DNA of 64,000 bases from Heptranchias perlo (Eukaryota), in NCBI RefSeq assembly GCF_035084215.1, contig NC_090335.1, forward strand, positions 54,374,001-54,438,000. The letters are read 5' to 3'. The notes under the pieces were generated by a model. The model was not told the DNA's origin. It did no database searches and worked only from the letters and a program-made list of their open reading frames with translations. Positions 49,980-63,075 of this stretch are shown here, one piece after another (position 1 is the stretch's first letter; each line of letters opens with the position of its first letter). Made by a program: the position numbers and the translations under genes.

Positions 49980-52900
49980 AAACTGAAGATCTCCAGAGGA
50001 AAATATTACAAGGCCCACAAACATGAAACCCACTAGATAGAGGAATGATGAATATCTCCAGAGTCACCCTAGCTTAGAGAACAAGTTTACTCTGATGCCC
50101 TTCACTTTACAATACTGCTACTGGGGGCAACCCCAACTTTTCAACACTGTTCTAACGTAAATGAGGTCTGCTGCCTCTGACAGCATAGAGAATCATCTAA
50201 TGAGGTTTTCCCAGTCTCCACTGGAGTCAGCAGTACTAGCAAATGTAAACACTGGCACCAGCTGCAGTTGGGTAGGAACCTCCATTTGGCTGGTCTTTTA
50301 AAAGCGGAAATTATTTGCCACAAGGTAGCACAGAGAACAAGATGTTTTTTTTTCCAGTCACCAGAAGGAAAAGGAGCTGGGCATCATTTTTTCTTGCCAT
50401 AGGCACCGTGAACAATCAGTCCACCTGTACAAGTCAATGGTGCAAAATTGATAGAGATGGTCTGGTGGGCAGAAATGAAAGTTGTAATTGTGACATTCAA
50501 ACAATTGCTCCTGCACAAACCTAAATTAGCACACTTCAATTAAAGCAGTCCTGGCCACTACAAACTTGAAATTTAGCAATGATTAACACTAAACTCTTTT
50601 ATTATCAGGAATTCAAGATGATCAGTCATTTCTCAACCAGATCACTTGGTGGAGTGGCATCACTGTCTAGAGATATGGTGCAGCCAACTTCAGATACCAT
50701 CAGGTTGAATGGCACTGTGCAATATTAATAATGAACATGTTAATGCTATAAGGTCTAAATCGATTAAAAAGAGGACAAAGAAGTTTCATATAACTGATTA
50801 TCATGATCATTACTGATATTACACACTGTGACTTCAACCCACTTGTGCTACTCAAATTTAGGTCTAAAGATAGTTTCAAGTCCTGAAATGAAATAGAAAC
50901 TGAACATATCAACACAAAGGACAGAGTTCCAGCAGTTTACAAGAGGAAAGAAACAGCCAGGAGCACAACAGGGAGGGTTGGGACTGGAGGAAGAGGTGAG
51001 AAGTACAAAAAATACCAAATCAGGTATACGGTATTACACACCTGGGGATTGCGAATTGCAGTCTTATATACAAGTCAGTGATCCTCAGGGCTAGTGAGGT
51101 GGACCTTAGTACATGGAGTGCAGCTTACCACTTTACATTGCTAGTAGTTCCACTGATTTATTAAAAATATATAAACAGATGTAGAAATCACTTTCCCTGT
51201 CGGTGGCTTAGCTGATAACTAAAACCATACCCCTTAGAAGTTGTTTTGTACTCCTGAGTGGTAAGTGGATAAAAGTGACAGGCAACCCTAGTCTGTTTGG
51301 GGTCAGTTGCTGTACTGTCAATGTAACATAGTAACTGTACATTCTGAATTCTTTAAGTGGTAGTATTATCACAGATTTAGCATAGGCCAGACAGTAGACT
51401 CTACTGGAAGAATACTGCAAATCAAGAGGATGGGGTAAGCAGCTGCTTTCTCTTGATACAGTGCTTGTGCTAGTCATCAAATGTAGGGCAACAATGACAG
51501 AAATTGTTGTATAGCCTAAACAATTCCATTTACCTAAACAAAGCTAGCTATGTGAGGGTGAGCAATGTTCGGAGACATGGATAAGAAATGGTTAAAATAT
51601 AACTTCAGCACACAGTGTAGCACAGGCAGAAAGGTCCTCTCACTTGAGATGAACACCTGCATCTTTATCATAGCATGGACCATGAGAAAGAACACTGCTA
51701 AACACTAGCCCATTGAGACCTTGGGAATGAGATAAGGAAACTGAAAAATATGAAAACAAAGATGCCTACAGGATTGAGTCATCTTCATCCACATCAATCA
51801 ATCGTATAACTTTACCCATTGGTTTTATATATCCTCCTACACCTCCTGGCCCCCTCGAGGAAAGTAAAAAATAAAGTTTTTTTTTAAAAAAACACTTACT
51901 TTTTTACGTCTCTTTTTGCCCTGATCCTCTTCCCCACTAGGTTGGCCTGGCGGAAATTCACTGCGGCTTCCCGCTCAGGCCAGCGAGTTAAAATTGCATC
52001 GGGTCCTGATGGAGTCAAAGGGATCTGACATCTATATGTAAACAAGGATTCCACCAGTTTTGAGTGGGTGTCCTTGCCACCTTAGTCGAGCAGGTTAAAG
52101 TCCCAAAATGTCAGCTCCCAATATTTAAATTGGCCGGATCTCATACTGCCGCGGGTGGGCAGGACATTAACTCGCCAGGACGGGTAAGTAACCTGAGCAA
52201 TTTTACCTGCCCACCCACCCAGTTTTCGCCAGACAGAGAGGGTTAAAATTGCCCTCAACTATACAACTTGCACATCAGAAGTGAGTAAGTAAAGGTTTTT
52301 ATGACACAAGAGAGATTAGTTCTGAGAAATGCAATAAACAGTAAGGGTATGAGGTCATAGCTGCTTATATCATATCATATATTATATCATATCTGCTGTA
52401 GCAGATTTATAAATTCTTAGCGTGATTTCAGCAGAGCACATCTGTCATTACAATGAACTATGGAATCTAGTTTACAGCTTCAAGTTACTTCCATAAAACT
52501 AGATGGTTAAGTATGAGGAATGTAAAGCATTTACTCTTTGATTCATCTTACATTATTTCAAAGTAGTTACAGTTAGATGAGTCACTCAGTCCAGATGAGT
52601 AAGTGATGCTGATGTGTTCCAATAACATCTGTGATGGGAATCCCTGGAGTGCATCTGTTACTGATAAAAATATATATAAAAATCCATTTGGATTTTTTCC
52701 AGACCAATCGAGTGCAGGTTTTTTTAAAACTGCCTCTGGCAAGTTTTTAAAAAGGGCTTCCAATTAGTCTGGAAGAGACCTATGCTGATGTCAACTAGTG
52801 GATAACTTCTGGAGGGATGCAGTTCACTGAAGTTGGATGTTCATTTCATTTCCTCCAAAATTAAATTTAATGGATGTATTTGAGCGACTACAGAGAAACC

Positions 52901-53076
52901 CATCAATCACCAATTATTGATGTAATTAATGTGGCTAAAAATGCATACATCTTCTCTTGTAAGGGATAACAATTTTAATATTGAGCACCTTGATTCAAAA
53001 GCCACCATGAATTGAGATCATCCCACAGGCAACCATAAAATACAGGTTACATTGCAATTTAACTATCCTGGCTCAC

Positions 53077-53319
53077 CTCCTTAGCCAGGTCAGTGTATTT
53101 CTGCTTCTCCTTTGGATCTAAAACAGACCACCAGTCAGCCAGAATCTTGGTAGCACCACGGTTGTCTAGACGAGGATGTTGTTGACGAACCAGAGAACGA
53201 TGGCGTTTGCAAAACAGAAGAAATGCATTCATTGGCCTGCGAGCTCGTTGTTCAGAGGAGTCATCGTCTTCTGTCTCATCTGCCTCATGTTCAAGACCCT
53301 CTGTACTCATCAAGGTGTC
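53077..53319 (-). CDS. BBX: BBX coding exon 2 (HMG box: [40 protein letters not shown])
   Basis: SOX/TCF-type HMG box. Acceptor tttgatacag|GAC, donor GAG|gtgagc. 243 nt. Confidence 0.97.
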
Positions 53320-53671
53320 CTGTATCAAAAATAGCGTAACTGACAATATAAATATAATTTACAAGAAAAACAAGAATGATCTTCACTGCAAAACAGGCAT
53401 CTTTAGTTTCACATTGAAACTTGGTTTGGAGATTCAGAGTTCACTGTTACATACCGTCTGTTCACTGTTACGTGTCTCCTTTCAAAAAACAATCCTCATA
53501 CTGACTTAACAAAATTAGCTGGTATTTAAAAGGTTTTTTAAAAAAATTAATATGCACTAATTTAATTCTTTATTTGCAATAATTTTTCTCCTCAAACTGT
53601 GAACACATGTACAAGTGATTGCAATTATTTACACATAATCCAATATGCTGATTGTTTCAAGTAGAATTTCA

Positions 53672-53720
53672 AGTATGATTACTCAGCATGCTATTAGTAT
53701 GATTACTCAGCATGCTATTA
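53672..53720. repeat. Perfect 24-bp tandem duplication agtatgattactcagcatgctatt x2
   Basis: Direct reading. Confidence 0.95.
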
Positions 53721-54659
53721 CACTTCCACGTATTACTGCAAATTGTGAGGCATGGCAACAACAGTTGATATTTTTGCTAAATTACTGTACTTTAAATAAT
53801 TTGGTCTTTAAACACCTGGGATTGCTTCTAATTCTGATGAGTTCGCTCCACTGGAGCTAGCGAGTTGGAGTGGAATCCTTGGCCATCCAAATTGGAAGGC
53901 ACAAACCCCAGTTGCGAGGATGGGGTCACCAGCATGTTTGGAGCAGGCGGCCCATGCCTGTAAGCTTGCATCAGAGGTGTCTGCCTTGATCCAATAGGCA
54001 GACTGGCACCTAACCTCTCCTCTAGGTTACCATGAAATAGTGTCATGCGATCTTTATGTAATTAAGTGTTACTTTACTGGAACACAGGAAGTGCATATTA
54101 TACTTTTACGCCCTGATTTTGAAAGTCAGCCAAAAATGGGGCTATGGTGACCCATGGCATAGCCTCACCTGCAACAGTAGCTCAGAAGGTGGGCCACAGT
54201 GATGAGAGTACCTTTCCCCCAACTTAAATAGGCTACTGGCATTGTTATAAGCTGCCCCAAGATTTTGGCCTGGAGTACAACTGGAATACAAAATCTGCCA
54301 TGGCAGGGCTGCGGCTTGACATAAAAGGGTGTGTTGGTGGCAGAAAAGTGGACGAATTGTTCACAATGATGGTGGAGATACATGGGCAACAGTGCTTTGA
54401 TGCTGGGGTTGGAGGTGCTGAAGCAGTGGCCCAATTTGAAGCTGAAGAACAGTTCAGTAAAATAACTTAATGCCAGCTCCATGGTTAAAGATTGCCAATC
54501 CCAATTTCCTCATACTTGGCAGCATTTGAGGAAGACGTTTGTTGGAATTAGGATCATGGCAAAGGTGAGTGTGCTCCTTGCTTTTGCATAGATTTCTTCT
54601 GGAGCTCATTAAACATGGCAGAAATCCAGGTTGTGAATTGCTGCAATCACTGGGAGGTA

Positions 54660-55612
54660 ACAACAACAACAACTTGCAATTATACAGCACCTTTAAAGTA
54701 GTAAAACATCCCAAGGTGCTTCACAGGAGCGTTATCAAACAAAATTTGACACTAAGCCACATAACGAGATAATACAACCGGCGACCAAAAGCTTGGTTAA
54801 AGAGGTAGGTTTTAAGGGGCGTCTTAAAGGAGGAGAGTATAGTAGAGAAGCGGAGCGGTTTAGGGAGGGAATTCCAGAGTTTAGGGCCTAAGCAACTGAA
54901 AGCACAGCCGCCAATGGTGGAACGATTAAAATTGGGGATGCGCAAGAGGCAAGAATTATAGGAGCGCAGAGATCTTGGAGGGTTGTAGGGCTGGAGGAGG
55001 TTACAGAGATAGGGAGGGGCGAGGCCATGGGGGGATTTGAAAACAAGGATGAGAATTTTAAAAATCAAGGCATTCCCGGACCAGGAGCCAAAGTATGTCA
55101 GCGAGCACAGGGGTGATGGGAGAACGGGACTTGCTGTGAGTTAGGGTACGGGCAGCACAGTTTTGGATAAGCTCAAGTTTATGGAGGGTGGAAGATGGGA
55201 GGCCAGCCAGAAGAACCATTGGAATAGTTCAGTCTGGAGGTAACAAAGGCATGGATGAGAGCTTCAGCAGCAGATAAGCTGAGGCAGGGGTTTCAGACAT
55301 GCAATGTTGCAAAGGTGAAAGTAGGCGGTCCTGGTGATGGAGTGGATATGTGCACGGAAGCTTATTTCAGGGTCAAATGGGACGCCAAGGTAGCAAACAG
55401 TCTGGTTCAAACTCAGACAGTGGCCAGGGAGAGGGATGGAGTCGGTGGCTAGGGAACAGAGTTTGTGACGGGGACCGAAAACAATGGCTTCGGTCTTCCC
55501 AATATTTAGTTGGAGGAAATTTCTGCTCATCCAGTATTGGACGTTGGACAAACGACGTGACAAATCAGAGACAGTGGAGGGGTCAAGAGAGATGGTGGTG
55601 AGGTAGATAGAG
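54660..55612 (-). mobile_element. L2 LINE 3' part
   Basis: ORFs 54721..55068 (FKILILVFK...APPYL) and 55264..55677 (NFLQLNIGKTEAIVFG); (caa)n tail. Confidence 0.92.
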
Positions 55613-55629
55613 CTGGTATTGTCAATGGA

Positions 55630-56235
55630 GATATGGAACCTGATGTGCTTTCGGAAATAGGGAAAAGCTATTGCCACTGGTCAGTAAATGTGTAACTAGA
55701 AGGAACAAACTTATCAAAAGAACAAAGTGAGAGGTTAGGATTTTATTTAAAATACAGAGGACTCTTAGGACATGGAATGCCCTACTAGATACAGTGATGG
55801 AAATAGAATCTATAACAGCATTTAAATGGGAGGAGGTCAATATTTGGAAAAAGATAAATTTTCACAGGGTCTGGGGAGAGGGCAAGTGAATGGGGCTAAA
55901 TAGTTGCTCTTTTAGAGGACTGGCATATGTGCTATGGGCCTAATGGCCTCCGTCTCTTCTGTAAAAATCTCAGATTCCAGATGGAAGAAAGCAGCACATT
56001 CCCCTCCAAGTCACACACCATCCCGACTTGGAAATATATCACCGTTCCTTCATCGTCGCTGGGTCAAAATCCTGGAACTTCCTACCTAACAGCACTGTGG
56101 GAGAACCTTTACCATATGGACTGCAGCAGTTCAAGAAGACGGCTCACCACCACCTTCTCAAGGGCAATTAGGGATGGGCAATAAATGCCGGCCTTGCCAG
56201 CGACGCCCACAACCCATGAACGAATAAAAAAAAGC
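55630..56235 (+). mobile_element. Decayed CR1 3' end followed by a CR1-superfamily LINE tail (55975-56235)
   Basis: aactagaagg...tggaatgccctac...gggcctaatggcctcc, then caagtcacacaccatcccgacttgga...gggcaataaatgccggccttgccag. Confidence 0.75.
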
Positions 56236-56239
56236 CTTT

Positions 56240-56740
56240 GTAACTGACTTGATATAGGGTTGAAAGGTGAGCATTGAGCCAGATGTCAAGTTGCAGACTG
56301 CCTATGCGAACAGCTTGTAGGTGGTGGACACCAAATAAGAATGACTTTGGTTTTGACAACGTTAAGCTGGAGGAAATTACAATTCCTTCAGGCCTTGGGT
56401 GTCAGAGAGACAGTCTGACAGAACAGAGACAGCTTTGGAATCAATGTTGGTGATGGAGTGGTATAGTTGGGTGGTTCGTCATACATGTGAATGCTGACCC
56501 TTGTTCAAGGATGATATCACCAAGGAGTAGCATGTAGATGATAAACAGGAGGAGACCAAGGATGAAACCTGGGGTACAATGCAGAGACTGTCTAAGGAGA
56601 TGAAATGACTACACTGGGAGAGATAGGAATGGACCCTGAAAATTAATCAATCATTCAATTCTTCTCCTCTGCATATTCTGAATAGCTGACAGTGTCAAAA
56701 GTGGCAAAGAGGTCAAGCAGGACAAGGAGGGTAAACAGAT
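56240..56740 (-). mobile_element. Highly decayed L2 fragment
   Basis: gagtggtatagttgggtggttcgtcatacatg (reverse YDD-like), gagtagcatgtagatgataaacagg, gctgacagtgtcaaaagtggcaaagaggtcaag (LDLFATFDTV). Confidence 0.6.
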
Positions 56741-56895
56741 AAATATTGTGCTGCTTAATTGACTTAAAACTCCTTCAAGTATTTATGACATATTGTGTGA
56801 CTGCGGCCATTGTTAACATCCCTAAACAAGTGTCAATCAGTTCCCAAGTTTAAAAATAGCACTATGTAGTCCACAATATGAATCCCCATTTCTAC

Positions 56896-57057
56896 CTTAT
56901 CAATATCTTCATCTTCCTCATCCTCCTCCTCCTCCTCAGAGAAGTCCAGCATCTTTTTGGCAAGCAGCGGATGCCACTGAAGACACTTCCGCTTTGGTCT
57001 TTTTCCAGTTCCATCGCCATCTGCTGAGTGGTCTTTATTTCTGCTGCTGGCTTTCAT
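56896..57057 (-). CDS. BBX: BBX coding exon 1 (start codon; MKASSRNKDH...KRPKRKCLQWHPLLAKK...EDIDK)
   Basis: Translation matches the BBX N-terminus as I recall it. Upstream acceptor ttgtgttatgcag, Kozak-like accATG at 57057, donor AAG|gtagaa. 162 nt, phase 0. Confidence 0.93.
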
Positions 57058-57529
57058 GGTGCTGCGCTGCATAACACAAATAGAAACAGCACATGATTAG
57101 CAACTCGGGATGTCATGGTACACCAGAACCGTGGTAGCATAATGCAGTACATCTAACCCTAGGTATGGATATTAATCTTCAGATTACAGGGATAGGAGCA
57201 ACTGTGATACAGCTCCTTGTTAAAAAGATTCATAACAGTCTTGTGGGAACTGTGAAAGCAACAGCTCCCTCTAGTGCACTGCTGTCAGCCAGTAACAAAC
57301 ATAAGGGAGCGGCATTCTCAGCACTTGCTCGCTTGCTGCAGAGATTCTTAAAGGGGAAGCGTCCTCCCCCATGACAAGTCTCTACATACTGTTTGGATGG
57401 CTAAAAATAAGAATCTATTGGTAGCACCTTGATTAGCTCATTTCTGTGCCTGGTTTTATAATTCATTCCAGAGTTTGTGAATTTGCAAACTGAAGTCTTT
57501 CTAGAACACCAATATTGGCTGTGGAATCA

Positions 57530-57990
57530 ACAACTTGCATTACTAGAACATCCTTAATGTCTCAATGGATTTTACAGAAGGAGGGGGGTGGAAGGGGGGG
57601 TGATACAAAGTAATAAAACGAACAGACGCCAAGCTTAGTAGGGATGGTTTTTAACGGTGGGGTGGCAGAGGGGTTCAGGGAGGGATATCCAGAGTCACCT
57701 GAAGGTTCTGCCACCAATAGTAGGGCAAAGGGAGGGGAAGAATTTAGAGAAAGCCAGAGGACTGATGGGTGCAGCAGAAGATACAAGGCTGGAGTAGGTT
57801 GGAGAGAAAGGGTGAATGAGGCCATGGGAGGATGGAGGATTATAAACTCAATGCATTGGGGGACAGGAAGCCGTTGCAAGTCAGCAAGTATGAGGTGATA
57901 CATGAAGTGGATCTGGGTAGCTGAGTTTTGAGCAAGTTGGAGCTAAAGGATGAATGGGAGGCCAGCAAAGAGGACATTGGAGAAAGAGTC
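57530..57990 (-). mobile_element. Decayed L2 3' fragment
   Basis: caacaacttgcatt tail and purine-rich body resembling 54660-55200. Confidence 0.55.
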
Positions 57991-58061
57991 CAGATGTGCA
58001 TAAGAGAATCGGAACTTCAGCGTCAACTGTCATGATGTTGAGTGGAAGCATTTCTCATCTT

Positions 58062-58117
58062 TATCATACTGGGGACAATTACTCCTCAACCTATCATACT
58101 GGGTATAATTACTCCTC
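58062..58117. repeat. Imperfect 30-bp-period tandem duplication (tatcatactgggNANAattactcctc x2)
   Basis: Direct reading. Confidence 0.85.
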
Positions 58118-58349
58118 TTTTCACTCAGAATCCATCAGAAAAGGCCTTTCTGCCCATTCCTTCCACAGAACCATGTAGAAGCCACGCTATCGTGGATTCT
58201 ACCCAATTCTATTTACTCTCCACTTTTCAACCTGACTGGCTGCCCTCCATACACAATGCCATCTCCTCTTGGCCCCAGCACCTCAGGAACTATTGAGATG
58301 GATTTTATGCCATAATACTGCTCAAAAGCAGGCAGTATAGTGACGAAAG

Positions 58350-59120
58350 AGAAAAAAATGTGGCAGGGAGGCCCCAGGCATGATTTAAGCTGGGAGCCGG
58401 GAACCCAGCGCGTCACATTCTGCAATTGCAACTCAATTGAAGGTAAGTATTTGTGCTTCCGGGTTTCCCACGCGCCAAACAGCTAAACTGACAGGTTGGT
58501 TGCCTGTTGGGGGTGGGGGGGAAGAGAAAGAGCCGCAAATGGGAGAGAAGAGAGGGGGAGCTTGTGGGCCGTGGAAGAAATTGGGGGTGGGGGTGGGGGG
58601 TGGCTGACATCGGGTGGGCCTTGGAAACGATTGGATGGGTTGGGGGTCCACCATCGGGGGGGGGGGGGGGTGTCGGCCGAATGCAGGGGTCCTATCGCAC
58701 CAGGTGAGCTTGTTGGGCCTGGATGAAGCACTCCTGCTCAGCCTGGCCCAAAAGCGGTGCAATACAGGCACTCACCTCATGGATCCGGCCCTTCCTGCCT
58801 GCTTTCACCTGACATGAATCAGAAGTGATGGGAAACCGGAACAGGTACGGTTAAATTTGTTTTACATTTCTAATACACAAAAAATTAAGTGCCTCAGCTA
58901 TCGTAGTGAGGTACATTGCCCCTTTAAAGTATCGGCCCGCTGCTGTAAGTGGGGACGGGATTTCCAGGTTTCAGTTGCGCGCGCATGCGCATCCTAACAC
59001 GCCTGGGTTAAACCCGGAAGTGGGTGCGTTGGAGCCAGGAAGCGGCCCTGCTTAAGAATTCAACTATTTTTACTACCCTCCCGCCCCCAGTACACCCATT
59101 CTTAGGAGTTCAAATTACCC
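58350..59120. mobile_element. GC/CpG-rich DNA-transposon-like remnant with G-runs
   Basis: CpG-rich island in an AT-rich intron. Right end ...cccattcttaggagttcaaattaccc resembles the end at ~52220-52255. No clear left TIR. Confidence 0.45.
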
Positions 59121-60029
59121 ACCTTGTGTCAGGTCCCCACCCTGAAACTGGTGCCACAAACTCCCCCCTCCCTGCAAAAGCAGGGAACTCGGCTACCTGA
59201 ACCTTGACTGTCCTGCCTCATTTAAACAACAGCAGGGGTGCAGGGGTAGGGAATCTGCCCAGTTTCCCTGCCTTCTCACAGCAGTACCACCGACCCAGGT
59301 ACTGGCAGAAGAGGAGTGGGCAGTACATGCTGGGCAGCAAAAGGAAGACTGCTTATAGCCCTGATGGAGGGAGAAGTCCAGTTAGTGGCTAACTCATCCT
59401 CTCTTCTGCCCTCGTACCGAGCCTTTTGTTAAACTTGTTATTGAAATCTTCAGGGCACTTTGCCTTTAATTCAGAGTCCTCTTCCTTCTGGTGCAGCAAC
59501 CGATAATCCACTGCAGCACCAGTGAATTTTAATGCCATACAGTAATTAGGCCCAACCCAGAAAAATAGGCCAGATTCATGGCGGGATTGGGGCGGCAAGT
59601 GGAAGTCCACCCTGATCAAACTCAAGCGGCAAAACCACTCTGGAGAGAAATCCAACCCACTGTCGCCAGTGGCATATTTAATCTGTCCATAACTATCCCT
59701 AAAAACTTCATCCAATACCACAGTACATCTAACATGGAATACAAAACAAAGCACACTCAGTCCCTCAAGTAGATTACTACTTTCACGTGAAACAACAAAC
59801 ACAGTAATAGGAATAGGAAAGTTCCACCAAGGAAATGACCAAAAATAGATTTTTGCTCCAAAATTACTATCAGAATAAAGCACACCAGAGAAAAAGGAAT
59901 CAAGTGGTATTTCACCTATAATACTTGATAAGAGAGATTGGCTTTGTATTAAAAGTGTCACTCAAGCTGGTAATAAAGTACCAATACCATTATTACATAG
60001 TTGACTAATCATAACCATCTACCCAATAA

Positions 60030-61235
60030 TGTGGAAAATTGCCCAAGTATGTCATGTCCACAAAAATAACAGGACAACTCCAACCCAACCAATTACTGCT
60101 CTATCAGCTTACTCTCAATCATCAAAGTAATGGAAGCAGTCATCAACAGCGCTATCAAGCACCATGGAGCCCCAGTAAAACTGAAGTCAATAGGGATAAG
60201 GGAGAAAACTCCCCAGTAGCTGGAGTCATGCCTAGCACAAAGGAAGATGGTTGTGGATGTTGGAGGCCAATCGTCTCAGCCCAAGGACATTACTGCAGGA
60301 ATTCCTCAGGGCAGCATCCAAGGCACAACTATCTTCATCGGCTTCATCAATGACCTTCCCTCCATCAGAAGCACTCTCAATTCCTCAGATAATGAAACAG
60401 TCCATGCCCACATGTAGCAAGACCTGGACAACATCCAGGCTTGGGCTGATAAGTAGCAAGTAACACGCGCACCACACAAGTGCCAGGCAATGACCATCTC
60501 CAAAAAAGAGAGCCTAACCACCTCCCCATGACATTCAATGACATTAACATCGCCGAATCTCCCATCAGAATCCTGGTAGTTATCAGTGAATCATAAATTC
60601 AACTGGACCAGCCACATAAATATCATGGCTACTAGAGCAGGTCAGACGCTGGGTATTCTGCGGCGAGTGGCTTACCTCCTGACTCCTCAAAGCCTCTCCA
60701 CTACCTTTAAGGCACAAATCAGGAGTGGGATGGAATACTCTCCACGTTCCTGGATGGGTGCAGTTGCAACAACACTCAAGAAGCTCGGCACCATCCAGGA
60801 CAAAGCAGTCTGTTTGATTGGCACCTTATCCGCTTGCCTAAACATCCACTCCCTCCACCACCGCTGTACTGTGCCTCCATTGTGTACTATCTACAGGATG
60901 CACCGCAGCAACTCGCCAAGGCTTCTTAGGTAGTACCTCCAAAACCTGTGACCTCCACCACCGACAAGGAATACCATCCTGCATGGGAACACCATCACTT
61001 CCAAATTCCCTTCCAAGTCACACACCATTCTGACTTGGACATATATTGCCATGCCTTCCTTGTTGCTGGGTCAAAATCCTGAAACTTCCTACTTAACAGC
61101 ATTGTGGGAGTACCTTCACCACTTAGTTCAAGAAGGTGGCCCACCACCACATTCGCAAGAGCAACTAGAGAAGGGGCAATAAAATGCCAGCCTCGCCAGC
61201 GATGCCCATCTCCTGAAAATGAATAAAATAAAAAT
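60030..61235 (+). mobile_element. CR1-superfamily (Zenon-like) LINE, decayed RT and 3' end
   Basis: ggaattcctcagggcagcatcc (GIPQGS), ttcatcaatgaccttccc (FINDLP), ORF 60586..60933 (KAQIRSGMEYS); tail shared with 55975-56235. Confidence 0.85.
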
Positions 61236-62769
61236 TCTGTAAGCAATGCTTTAAATCCTACATTATTTGATAAGGTACATTACCAGGTGCGTCTTCAAAT
61301 GTGAGAAAGGCTCCCACGACTTAGATGTTAGAAAAAGAAATGGTTTCCGTGTGTGAACTTGACAAAGGAACTATGATGACCAAGAGGAAGAATGCCACTG
61401 CAACGTCCATGTCATTACATTTGTCCAAATCTGGGTATTTTTGAGCAGTTTATCATACAGAAAAAATCTGCAGCGTCATTCAAAATCTAACAGTATAGCT
61501 AATATCAAAAAAGATAAGTTCCACCATAATTGACATTCAAACGAATTCAGGGAGAGGATGAGATGCACAAAATTTTAAAAGCACCACTTTACGGCACCGA
61601 TATTCCTCTCCCCCATACTTGCCCAAGTACATATTGGGTGATGCACATTTCGCGCACCCTGAATTGGAAATGCCTGAATTTGCCCAAGTTTCCAGGGTCA
61701 GGGCTATTTGATTCTGCCCACACATTGCAATTCGACCAGCCAGTGATGGGAATTTGTTGCACTGCCAGTTCTTATTGTTGCTGCAAGCCTTAATGGCCTG
61801 CAACAGCTTAACAGCAAAATGTTACTTTTCTTTGTTGCTGCATAAACTGCCTGTGGAGATGTGGAAAATGGCCAGCAGCAGCAGGGGAAGCACAAAAATC
61901 CCCGCCCAGGTTCAAGGAAGAGGCCACTGAAGGTGCCAGGAGAGAAAAGGCAGAGCAACAGAGGACTTGGTAGGAGGTGTCAGATGCAGCTAATGCAAGC
62001 AGCAAGGATCTGGGTGCTGGGCACGACAAAATGTTCACCGAGAGTGGCAAAGTAGAGGCATGCATCTCAACATCATATTAATACAATGCACCATTAACTG
62101 CGTAGCACTGTTCCTTCCTAAATGCGCATTCCTGAACAGCTCTTGAGCTTCTCCTTGGCAGCAGTAATCACTTTTCAGAACCTCACTTTTCCAGAAACAC
62201 TTCCTTCATTGCAACATGGCATGCTGAAACCCCATCTACCCAGGACCTGTATGCTGCATGATTTTGTCAGACCAATACCACCACATAAATCACCCATGAG
62301 GAAATGCTACAAATGGCAACTAAGGAAAACCTGCCTATGCCTCATAATAAGAGGAGGATGAAGGGCAGCGCAAAGGGAGCAGGAAGCCACATCCACCTCC
62401 AGCTGATGAGGGTATAGATTCTTCTTTTGAAGTGTAACTGAGAAATACTGCATCTGCAGACTTAAATTAAAAGCAATTACAGTTTTAGGGCACCCTGAAA
62501 TAAAACAAATTGTAATATTAAATTTATTGCAACAAAAATTCCCTTCCGCTTCCTAATTGATAGGAAATAAACATAAAAGTGCAAAAACAAAAGCAATAAA
62601 ATGTCAAATTGCTTCAGGAATTGTGTGTTACTCCATTCTCTCATTTAAAAAAATTCCGCATTTCCCCACAATTAAAGTGAAACGTCCAGGAAGACGTCGT
62701 AAAAGACAGGTTAACAGTACCAAATACTATGTAGGTAGATACATAAATCAAAAATAACAGTCTAAGGAC

Positions 62770-63075
62770 CTCCCGAATCGCTCAGCGATTTTATCCAGTG
62801 AGTAATGGAGTCACATGCCAGGAAAGTCCCAGATTCAATCCCGTTTGTGCTGAGTAAGCTGTTCTCAGCTGGGACAACAGTAGGGGTACTATGATTGGCC
62901 TCAGTGTCCATGGCTTATGAAAGGAAAAAAAAAATCATGTATGATTCCCACTCCTGATTGCCATCAGGAAGTGTGCATCTGTGGACACCAAGGTAAGGCA
63001 GGATTGCGACTCCTGGGCAAATAACCTTCCAACACTCACCGTCATGTGCCCAAGCATATGAATAACTGCCAATTG
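62770..63075 (+). mobile_element. Decayed tRNA-derived SINE (family not identified)
   Basis: B-box-like gattcaatccc; body shared with 42010-42255. Reverse-oriented relics near 19180-19320, 32950-33200 and 48290-48510. Confidence 0.55.

Noticed and set aside
59389-59961. 190-aa minus-strand ORF upstream of BBX exon 1
   Set aside because: Non-ATG start, no recognisable domain, and not needed for the BBX frame.
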